Positions 56,172 through 64,000 of a stretch of 64,000 nt of DNA are shown piece after piece; position 1 is the first letter of the stretch; each line of letters opens with the position of its first letter. A program made the translations under genes and the position numbers. The DNA lies in assembly GCA_963770895.1 (NCBI GenBank), contig CAVYRF010000002.1:1856001-1920000 (forward strand), written 5' to 3'. The stretch comes from an uncultured Acidobacteriota bacterium. Its GTDB lineage: Bacteria; Acidobacteriota; Thermoanaerobaculia; Multivoradales; UBA5704. The notes under the pieces were generated by a model. The model did not search any database. It saw only the letters and a list, made by a program, of their open reading frames with translations, and was not told the origin of the DNA.

Positions 56172-59100
56172 CTATTCGGTGCCGTCGTCGGCTGCCTCGT
56201 CGACTTCGAGGAGGATCTGGGCGATGCGCTCGATCTCGCCGCGCGCCGGTCCGGCGAGGACGGCCAGGCGGGCCGCCTGCTGGGTCAGGGTGGGCGCCTC
56301 GAACAGCGTGCGCAGCGGCACCTCCAGAGGCAGCACCTCGGCCAGCCGGGTGACGACGCGGGTGGCGAGCAGCGAGTGGCCGCCCAGGTCGAAGAAGTCG
56401 TCGTGGGCCCCGACCTGCTCGACGCCCAGCACGTCGAGCCAGATGCCGGCAAGCAGATTTTCCAGCGGACCCTGGGGAGCGACGAAGGCCTCTTCGGTGC
56501 CGGCGCGCTCGGCGGGAGCGGGCAGCGCGGCGCGGTCGAGCTTGCCGTTGGGAGTCAGCGGCAGCGCCGCGATCACCATCACCGCGGCGGGCACCATGTA
56601 GCCGGGCAGGCTCTGCCGCAGGCTGTCCTTGAGCTCCGCGGCGGCGAAGGTCGCGTCCGCCGCCGGCACCACGTAGGCGACCAGGCGGCGCTCTCCGCGG
56701 CCGTCCGGCCGCGCCGTCACCACCGCCTCGCGCACTCCGGGCAGCCGGCGCAGGGTGGCCTCGATCTCGCCGACTTCGACCCGCAGGCCGCGGATCTTGA
56801 TCTGGTTGTCGAGGCGGCCGAGCAGCTCGACGGTGCCGTCGGCGAAGGTGCGCGCCAGGTCGCCGGTCTTGTAGAGCCGGTCGCCGGGCGTTCCCGCCAG
56901 CGCGTCGGGCACGAAGCGGGCGGCCGTCAGTCCGGCCTGCCTCAGGTAGCCCCAGCCCACGCCGGCGCCGCCCAGGTGCAGCTCGCCGACCACTCCGACC
57001 GGCACAGGCTCCAGCTCGGGGTCCAGCACGTAGGCGGTTTGATTGGCCATCGGCCGGCCGTAGGGAATGCTGCGCCATCCCGGCGCCACGTCGCCGACGC
57101 GGTAGATCACCGAATCCATCGACACTTCGGTCGCGCCCCCCAGGCTGATGACCTCGATCCCGGTGCCGTGCCGGCGCACCCGGTCGGGCATCGTCACCGG
57201 GATCCAGTCCCCTCCCAGCAGCACCAGGCGCAGCGGCGCCAGCGACTGCCCCGGGTGCACCGCCAGGTGGTCGAGCAGCATCTCCAGCATGGCCGGCACC
57301 GAGTGCCACAGGGTCACCCGGTGGCGCGCGATCAACTCCGCCCACGCCGCCGGCTCTCGCGCCTCCTCGGGCCCCGGCAGCACCACGGTGGCGCCGGCGG
57401 CCAGCACCCCGAGCAGGTCGTAGGCCGACATGTCGAAGCTCAGCGACGACAGGGCCAGCAGCCGGTCGCCGGGTCCGACCGCGAAGCGCCGGTTGAAATC
57501 GGTGAAATTGTTGACCCTGCCGCGATGGTCCAGCAGCACCGCCTTGGGCTGGCCGGTGGAGCCCGAGGTGAAGATGGCATAGATCAGGTCCGCGGGTCCG
57601 ACCCCGCCGCCCACGTCGCCCGCATCGCCCGCCGTCCCTGCCGCCGCCGGCATCTCGCCGGTCGGGTCCGCCGCCGCGCCGAGCACCACCGCGTGCGGCC
57701 CCAGACCGGCGAAGCGCGCCGCCAGGCTCTCTTCGGTGACCAGCACGCGCGTGGCGGTCTGCGCCAGCATGCCGGCCAGGCGCTGCTCCGGGTAGGCAGG
57801 GTCCAGCGGCAGGTAGGCGGCGCCGGCCTTGAGGATGCCGAGCAGCGCCACCGCCACCCGCGGCGAGCGGTCGAGCGCCACGCCGACCAGCTCGCCGCGC
57901 CGCACCCCCAACCCGGCCAGGTGGCGCGCCAGGCGATCGGCGCGCCGCGCAAGCTCGCCGTAGGCGAGCGTAGAGCCGGTGAAGACGACCGCCGGCGCCT
58001 CGGGCTGCCGCGCCGCCTGGGCCGCGAACAGGTGGTGCAGGCAGTCGTCGCCCGGCAGCGGCGCGGCGGTCTGGTTCCACTCCAGCACCGCCTGCTGCCG
58101 CTCCGCCGGGCCGAGCATCGGCAGCGCCGCGACCGGCCGGTCCAGGTCGGCGCCGCAGCGCGCCAGCAGCAGGGCGAAGTGGCCGAGCAGCCGCGCCACG
58201 GTGGCGCGGTCGAACAGGTCGGTGCTGTACTCCGCGTAGCCGGACAGGCCTCCCGCGTCCTCGGTCAGGTAGAGGGTGAGGTCGAACTGGGTGGTGCCGC
58301 GCTCCACGGCGACCCCCGAAAAGCGCAGCTCACCCGTGTCGACCGTCTGGGCCGGCACGTTGAGCAGCACCAGCATCACCTGCGCCAGCGCGCTATAGCT
58401 GGCGTCGCGCTCCGGGCGCAGGTGCTCGACCAGCGCCTCGAAGGGCAGATCCTGGTGCGCGTAGGCGTCCAGCACCGAGCGGCGGGTGTCGCGCAGCAGC
58501 TGGCGCACGGTGGGGTTGGCGGCAAAGTCCGCGCGCAGCAGCAGCATGTTGATGAAGCAGCCGATGAGCGGTTCGGTTTCGGCCCGCGAGCGGCTGCCGA
58601 TGCCGGTCGAGACGACCAGGTCGGGCTGGCCGCTGTAGCGGTGCAGCACGGTCTGGAGGTTGGCGAGGAGCGCCATGAACAGGGTCAGGCCCTCCGCCCG
58701 GCACAGGGCGCCGAGCGCCGCGCTGGCATCCGCCGCCAGCGCGAACGGCAGCTGGGCGCCGCGGAAGCTCTGCTGCGGCGGCCGCGGCCGGTCGGTGGGG
58801 AGGGTGAGGACCGGCGGGGCGTCGCGCAGGCGTTCGCGCCAGTAGGCCAGGTGCCCGGCGAGCGTCTCACCGGTCAGCGTTTCACGCTGCCACTGCGCGA
58901 AGTCGCCGAACTGGATCGGCAGCGGGGGGAGCGGCGAAGCGGCCCCGGCGGCGAAGGCGGCATACAGGTCCGCGACCTCGCGCAGGAAGATGCGCAGCGA
59001 CCACTCGTCGGCGGCGATGTGGTGCAGCACCGCGACGAACAGATGTCGCCGGCGCTCCAGCTGGAACAGGGCGGTGTGCAGCAAGGGGCCGCGCGCCAGG

Positions 59101-62100
59101 TCGAACGGCTGCCGGATCACGGCGATCGCCAGGCGCCGCGCTTCCGCCTCCCGGCGCGCCGCGGCGAGCCCCGCCAGGTCGACCAGCGGCAGCGGCGTGG
59201 CGTGGCCGGGCAGGACGACCTGCACCAGGCCGCCGGGACCGTCGGCAAAGCAGGTGCGCAGGATCTCGTGGCGGCGCACCACCTCTTCCAGGGCCTGTGC
59301 CAGGCTCCGCGCGTCCAGGCGGCCGTCCAGCTGGACGGCGACGGGGTTGTTGTAGGCGATCAGGCCCGGCGTGAGCTTGTCGACGAACCAGAAGCGCTGC
59401 TGGGCAAACGATGCCGGCGCCCAGCCCGCGGACCGCCGGCGCTCGATGCGCTGCGACGGGCCACCCGCCGTCGGCGCCGCCAGCTCCGCCGCCTGCTTGA
59501 GCTCCAGGACGACCCGGCCCAACTCCGCCACGGTCGGTGCGGCGAACAGCTTTTCCACCGGCAGCTCGACGCCATGGATCTCCCGCACCCGCGCGGCCAG
59601 CTGGGTGGCCAGCAGCGAGTGCCCGCCGAGCGCGAAGAAGTCGTCCTGCGCCCCCACCTGGGCGATCCCCAGCAGCTCCTGCCAGATGCCGACCAGCGTC
59701 TCTTCCACCGCGTTGCCAGGGGCGACGTAAGGATGCAGCAGGTTCGGCCGTCCGTAGGTGGTGGTGGTCGCCCGCGGGCTGTCCGCCGGTCCGGCGTCGG
59801 GTTGGCCTGCGTCCGGCTCCACCCAATAGCGGCGGCGCTCGAACGGATAGGTGGGCAGCCGCAGCCGGTGCCGCCGCTCGCCGCCGCGAAAGCCCTCCCA
59901 ATCCACCCGCGCGCCGGCCAGCCAGAGCTTGCCCAGGGTGGTGAGCAGGTGTCCGGCGTCGCCCTCCGGGCCGGCGCTCGACGGCAGCGACGCCAGCGCC
60001 AGCCGCTCGGCTCCGGCGGGCGCCAGCTGCAGGGCCAGGCTGGTCAACGCCGCGCCGGGGCCGACTTCGAGCACCACGCGGTCGGGTTCCTGCCAGAGCG
60101 TCGTCATCGCCTGCTGGAACTGGATGGGCTGGCGGAGGTGGCGGACCCAGTAGGCCGGTGCCGTCACCTCCTCGGCCGTGACCCAGCGGCCGGTGACCGT
60201 CGACATCCAGGGGATCTCCGGCGGCCGCAGCGACACCGCGCCCACCAGCTGCTCGAAGCGCTCGGCGAGCGGCGTCATCATCGGCGAATGGAAGGCGTGG
60301 CGGGCGCGCAGCCGCCGGCTGGGCACGCCCTCGGCATGCAGCTGTTGCGCGAGCTGCGAGACCGCCGCGGCCGGACCTGCGACGACGCTGATCTGCGGCC
60401 CGTTGCAGGCCGCCACCACCAGCTCGGCGCCCAGGCGGCCGCCCAGGTCCGCTTCGCCCAGCGGCACCGCCAGCATCGCGCCGGCCGGCAGCTCGTCGAT
60501 CATGCGGGCGCGCCGGGCGACCAGCAGCAGGGCGTCTTCGAGCGACAGGACGCCGGCCAGGCAGGCAGCCAGAAACTCGCCGACGCTGTAGCCGACCACG
60601 CCCTGCGGCCGCACCCCCCACTGCTGCCACAGGCCCGCCAGCGCGTAGCCGACGACGAACGCCGCGGGCTGGGCGAGCGCGGTGCGGTCCAGCTCGTCCT
60701 GGCCGTCCTGGCCGCCCGGGTCGCCGCCGGCCGCCTGGTCGCGCCCCGGGAACAGCCGCCGCGGGCCTGCCGCCGGCGGGGCCGCCGGCGCCGGGGCGGC
60801 CGGGTAGAGCACGGTGCGCAGGTCCACGCCGAGCTCCGGGGCGAGCAGCTGGGCGCAGCGGTCGACCCGCTCGCGGAAGGCCGGTTCCCCTTCGTAGAGG
60901 GCACGCCCCATCTGCGCGTGCTGCTCGCCCAGGCCGGAGAACAGGAAGACGACCGGGCGGTCGACGGCCTCCTGCCAGGTGGTCACCAGGTGCGCCGGGT
61001 CGCGCTCGGCGAGCGCCCGCCGCGCCTCTTCGACCCCCTGGCACAGCAGCATCCGGCGATGCTCGAAGCGCTGGCGCCCCCGTTGCAGCGTCGAGGCCAG
61101 GTCGGCCAGCGACAGCTGCGGGTGGGCGGCCAGGTGGGCCGCCAGGCGGTCGGTTGCGGCTTCCAGGGCGCCGGCGGTGCGGGCCGACAGCACCAGCAGC
61201 TGGCGGTCCCGCGCCGGCGGGTCCGCCGCGCCGGCCGCCGGCGCCTCTTCGAGCACCACGTGCGCGTTGGTGCCGCCCATGCCGAACGAGCTGACCCCGG
61301 CCCGGCGGGGCCCTCCCTGCGCCGGCCACGCGACCGTCTCGGTGTTGACGTAGAAGGGCGAGCCGGCGAAATCGATCTTCGGGTTGGGACGCTGAAAATG
61401 CAGGCTGGGCACCAGCGTCCGGTGCTCCAGCGCCAGCACCGTCTTGATCAGGCCCGCGACTCCCGCCGCCGCGTCGAGATGGCCGATGTTGGTCTTGACC
61501 GAGCCCACCGCGCAGCGGCCGCGGCCGGCGTCGCCTTCGCCAAAGGCCAGGGTCATGGCGGCGATCTCGATCGGGTCGCCGAGCGCCGTGCCGCTGCCGT
61601 GCGCCTCGAGGTAGCTGATGGCCTCCGGCTCCAGCCCGGCGACGGCGAGCGCCTCGGCGATGACTTCGGCCTGCCCCTCCAGGCTGGGCGCGGTGAAGCC
61701 CACCTTCTGCGCGCCGTCGTTGTTGACCGCCGAGCCGCGAATCACGGCGCGCACCGCGTCGCCCGCCGCGAGGGCGTCTTCGAGCCGGCGCAGGACCACC
61801 ACCCCGGCGCCGCTGCCGCCCACCGCGCCGCTGGACGCCGCGTCGAAAGCGCGGCAGTGGCCGTCGGCGGAGGCGATCCCTCCCGGCTGGTAGACGTACC
61901 CCATCGCCTGCGGCACCGCGACCGCCACGCCGCCGGCCAGCGCCAGGTCGCACTCGCCGTTGAGCAGGCTCTGGCAGGCCACGTGCACCGCCACCAGGGA
62001 CGTCGAACACGCGGTCTGCAGGGTCATGCTCGGGCCCCGCAGGTTCAACTTGTAGGAGACGCGGCTGGCCAGAAAGTCTTTTTCCTGGCCGACCAGGGTC

Positions 62101-62558
62101 TGCAAGGCGCCGGTGCCCGCCAGCAGGTCGCGGCGGGAAAAGAGGTGGAACAGAAAATAGCTGTTGGTACTGGCGCCGGCAAAGACCCCGATGCGTCCGG
62201 CGAAGGTTGCGGGATCGCTGGCGGCGTCTTCCAGCGCCTCCCAGGCGCACTCCAGGAAGAGGCGCTGCTGCGGATCGAGCAGCGCCGCGTCGCGGGCGCT
62301 GAAGCCGAAGAAGGCGGCGTCGAAGCGGTCCACGTCGGCCAGCGCCCCCCGCGCTTTGACATAGTCCGGCCGGGCGAGCACAGAGGCGTCGACGCCGGAC
62401 GCCGCCAGCGCTTCGTCGCTGAAAAAGGTGATCGCGTCCAGCCCTTCGCGCAGGTTGCGCCAGAAGTGCTCCAACGTCGGCGCCTGCGGGAAGCGCCCGC
62501 TCATGCCGGTGACGGCAATGGCATTGGCGAGCTCGGCGGGGAGGGTCTGGTCGGTCAT
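56172..62558 (-). CDS. Hybrid PKS-NRPS KS-AT-ACP-C-A-T
   Basis: KS TACSTS, EAHGSGT, NIGHL; AT GYSVG and HAFHS; GGHSLL; C HHIAADEWS; A FTSGSTGQPK; GGHSLL. ATG 62558 overlaps the upstream stop (ATGA). Confidence 0.95.
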   Translation of the reverse strand: MTDQTLPAELANAIAVTGMSGRFPQAPTLEHFWRNLREGLDAITFFSDEALAASGVDASVLARPDYVKARGALADVDRFDAAFFGFSARDAALLDPQQRLFLECAWEALEDAASDPATFAGRIGVFAGASTNSYFLFHLFSRRDLLAGTGALQTLVGQEKDFLASRVSYKLNLRGPSMTLQTACSTSLVAVHVACQSLLNGECDLALAGGVAVAVPQAMGYVYQPGGIASADGHCRAFDAASSGAVGGSGAGVVVLRRLEDALAAGDAVRAVIRGSAVNNDGAQKVGFTAPSLEGQAEVIAEALAVAGLEPEAISYLEAHGSGTALGDPIEIAAMTLAFGEGDAGRGRCAVGSVKTNIGHLDAAAGVAGLIKTVLALEHRTLVPSLHFQRPNPKIDFAGSPFYVNTETVAWPAQGGPRRAGVSSFGMGGTNAHVVLEEAPAAGAADPPARDRQLLVLSARTAGALEAATDRLAAHLAAHPQLSLADLASTLQRGRQRFEHRRMLLCQGVEEARRALAERDPAHLVTTWQEAVDRPVVFLFSGLGEQHAQMGRALYEGEPAFRERVDRCAQLLAPELGVDLRTVLYPAAPAPAAPPAAGPRRLFPGRDQAAGGDPGGQDGQDELDRTALAQPAAFVVGYALAGLWQQWGVRPQGVVGYSVGEFLAACLAGVLSLEDALLLVARRARMIDELPAGAMLAVPLGEADLGGRLGAELVVAACNGPQISVVAGPAAAVSQLAQQLHAEGVPSRRLRARHAFHSPMMTPLAERFEQLVGAVSLRPPEIPWMSTVTGRWVTAEEVTAPAYWVRHLRQPIQFQQAMTTLWQEPDRVVLEVGPGAALTSLALQLAPAGAERLALASLPSSAGPEGDAGHLLTTLGKLWLAGARVDWEGFRGGERRHRLRLPTYPFERRRYWVEPDAGQPDAGPADSPRATTTTYGRPNLLHPYVAPGNAVEETLVGIWQELLGIAQVGAQDDFFALGGHSLLATQLAARVREIHGVELPVEKLFAAPTVAELGRVVLELKQAAELAAPTAGGPSQRIERRRSAGWAPASFAQQRFWFVDKLTPGLIAYNNPVAVQLDGRLDARSLAQALEEVVRRHEILRTCFADGPGGLVQVVLPGHATPLPLVDLAGLAAARREAEARRLAIAVIRQPFDLARGPLLHTALFQLERRRHLFVAVLHHIAADEWSLRIFLREVADLYAAFAAGAASPLPPLPIQFGDFAQWQRETLTGETLAGHLAYWRERLRDAPPVLTLPTDRPRPPQQSFRGAQLPFALAADASAALGALCRAEGLTLFMALLANLQTVLHRYSGQPDLVVSTGIGSRSRAETEPLIGCFINMLLLRADFAANPTVRQLLRDTRRSVLDAYAHQDLPFEALVEHLRPERDASYSALAQVMLVLLNVPAQTVDTGELRFSGVAVERGTTQFDLTLYLTEDAGGLSGYAEYSTDLFDRATVARLLGHFALLLARCGADLDRPVAALPMLGPAERQQAVLEWNQTAAPLPGDDCLHHLFAAQAARQPEAPAVVFTGSTLAYGELARRADRLARHLAGLGVRRGELVGVALDRSPRVAVALLGILKAGAAYLPLDPAYPEQRLAGMLAQTATRVLVTEESLAARFAGLGPHAVVLGAAADPTGEMPAAAGTAGDAGDVGGGVGPADLIYAIFTSGSTGQPKAVLLDHRGRVNNFTDFNRRFAVGPGDRLLALSSLSFDMSAYDLLGVLAAGATVVLPGPEEAREPAAWAELIARHRVTLWHSVPAMLEMLLDHLAVHPGQSLAPLRLVLLGGDWIPVTMPDRVRRHGTGIEVISLGGATEVSMDSVIYRVGDVAPGWRSIPYGRPMANQTAYVLDPELEPVPVGVVGELHLGGAGVGWGYLRQAGLTAARFVPDALAGTPGDRLYKTGDLARTFADGTVELLGRLDNQIKIRGLRVEVGEIEATLRRLPGVREAVVTARPDGRGERRLVAYVVPAADATFAAAELKDSLRQSLPGYMVPAAVMVIAALPLTPNGKLDRAALPAPAERAGTEEAFVAPQGPLENLLAGIWLDVLGVEQVGAHDDFFDLGGHSLLATRVVTRLAEVLPLEVPLRTLFEAPTLTQQAARLAVLAGPARGEIERIAQILLEVDEAADDGTE

Positions 62559-64000
62559 CCGGGGGCGCTCTCCTTGGCAGACGGGTGCGGCGAAAGGTCG
62601 CTGTCGCGCCGCCGCCGGGTGAGCGTGCGGCGCATCGCGGCACGTTCGCGGCCGGCGGCGAGCGGCGCCGCGCCGCCCTGGGCTCGCGGCCGGCCGCCGG
62701 CGATCAGGTCGGCCACCAGGCATTCCGGGTCGCCGGCGACCTGGGCGAGCAGCGCCACGTGGCGGCTGGACAGTGCGGCGACCGTTTCAGCGGCGAAGAG
62801 AGCGGCGTCGTACTGCCAGCCGAACGACAGCGAGTCGCCGGTCGCGGCGGCGATCAGGCTGAGATCGAGCATCGCAGCCTGCTGGCGCAGGCGGTACGCT
62901 TCGAGCTGCAGGCCGCCGACCTCGATCCCGACGCCCGCGACGCCTTGCAGCAGGCGCGAGACTCTCTGCTGGCCGCCCTCGTAGAGGACGCACAGCACCT
63001 GGAAGAGCGGCGATTGGCCGGCGTTGCGCGGCGGTTGCAGCCGCTCCACCAGCAGCGGGAAGGGGTAGTCCTGGTGCGCCAGCGCCTCCTCCAGCGCCCC
63101 GCTCACCCGCGCCAGCAGCTGCCGGAAGGAAGCGTCCGGCGCGACCTCCGCGCGCACCACGACCGGATTGACGAAGTAGCCCACCACCTGGTCCAGCTCC
63201 GGCAGCCCCCGCCCCGGCGCCGGCCATCCCACCGAAATGTCCTGCTGGCCGGTCATCTCGTGCAGGAGGACGAACAGGGCGGCCAGCAGCAGCGCTCCCA
63301 TGTGCGTCCCTTCGCCCTGTGCCAGGGCGGCGAGCGCGGCGTGCACGGCCGGGTCCAGCTGGCCGCCGTGGGTGGCGCCGCGGAAACTCTGCACCAGGGG
63401 CCGCGGGTAGTCGGTGGGCAGCGCCAGGGGCGGTGCACCGTGCAACCGCTGGCTCCAGTGCCGCCACAGCCGCTCTCCCTCCGGTCCGTCGAGCAGCTCC
63501 GCCTGCCAGCGCACGAACTGGTCGTAGCCCGCGGTGGCCTCCGGCAGCCGGGCGGCGCCGCCGTCGCGCTCGGCGGCGTAGAGCTCGCCCAGCTCGCCCA
63601 CCAGCTGCGCCATGGAAGCGAAGTCCACCGTGATGTGATGCAGCACCAGCAGCATGAGGTGGTCGGCGGCGCCCAGGCTGAGCAGGTGCAGGCGCACCAG
63701 CGGCCCGCGCTCCAGGTCGAAAGGCCGGTGGGCGCGGGCCGCCATCCATTCGTCGACCTGGTCGCCGTCCCAGCCGGAGGCTTCGACCACTTCGATGTCC
63801 GGCGCGGCGGCCGGCTGCACCGCCCGTACCGGCGCTCCGCTCGACGCGGGGAAGAGGGTGCGCAGCGCCGCGTGGCGCGCCACCAGCGCCGTGCAGGCGC
63901 GCACCATCGCGTCGGCGGCGAGCGGCGAGCGCAGGCGCGCCGGCACGATCACGTTATAGGCGGCGCTGCGCGGCGCCAGACGCTGCAGGAACCACAGCGC
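62555..64000 (-). CDS. NRPS-type protein ending in a condensation domain (5' end outside the window)
   Basis: Frame open to base 64000 (ALWFLQRL...AYNV); PFDLERGPL, HHITVDFAS, VGYFVNP, AHQDYPF. Confidence 0.92.
   Translation of the reverse strand, partial: ALWFLQRLAPRSAAYNVIVPARLRSPLAADAMVRACTALVARHAALRTLFPASSGAPVRAVQPAAAPDIEVVEASGWDGDQVDEWMAARAHRPFDLERGPLVRLHLLSLGAADHLMLLVLHHITVDFASMAQLVGELGELYAAERDGGAARLPEATAGYDQFVRWQAELLDGPEGERLWRHWSQRLHGAPPLALPTDYPRPLVQSFRGATHGGQLDPAVHAALAALAQGEGTHMGALLLAALFVLLHEMTGQQDISVGWPAPGRGLPELDQVVGYFVNPVVVRAEVAPDASFRQLLARVSGALEEALAHQDYPFPLLVERLQPPRNAGQSPLFQVLCVLYEGGQQRVSRLLQGVAGVGIEVGGLQLEAYRLRQQAAMLDLSLIAAATGDSLSFGWQYDAALFAAETVAALSSRHVALLAQVAGDPECLVADLIAGGRPRAQGGAAPLAAGRERAAMRRTLTRRRRDSDLSPHPSAKESAPG

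Noticed and set aside
50859-62984. Very long alternative ORFs (55992..62984 +, 51704..56353 +, 50859..55418 -, 58882..62643 -)
   Set aside because: Antisense or off-frame shadows of the NRPS-PKS genes caused by high GC3; no recognisable motifs.

Overview
GC-rich bacterial DNA, roughly 70% GC by eye. An ADOP-type permease, several XRE-TPR paralogs and giant Ig-repeat surface proteins suggest Acidobacteriota, possibly Thermoanaerobaculia (inference only). No rRNA, tRNA, CRISPR array or transposase was recognised. Left to right: (1) a minus-strand cluster of hypothetical secreted and membrane proteins ending in a trypsin-like ORF that runs off the left edge; (2) a class C beta-lactamase-like hydrolase with an 11-bp-periodic upstream repeat and a convergent CadC-like wHTH-TM-TPR regulator; (3) comD-comE-cyclase; (4) a three-gene unit of a 1847-aa soluble beta-propeller histidine kinase, a receiver-domain/subtilase (S8) fusion and a free-standing copy of that protease's own prodomain; (5) M20 peptidase, SNF2 helicase, DoxX-cupin fusion, TPR-CHAT protease, a divergent SHMT and an ADOP permease; (6) a surface-protein operon ending in a Tat-exported vanadium haloperoxidase; (7) a decayed AbiEi antitoxin; (8) four related HTH/TPR genes around a secreted precursor carrying three Cys-x2-DPxG-x2-Cys repeats, laid out like an RRNPP peptide-signalling locus; (9) the distal end of a hybrid NRPS-PKS cluster that appears cut off. 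The best candidates for an undescribed system are (4) and (8). All family calls come from motif recognition by eye; no database search was run.
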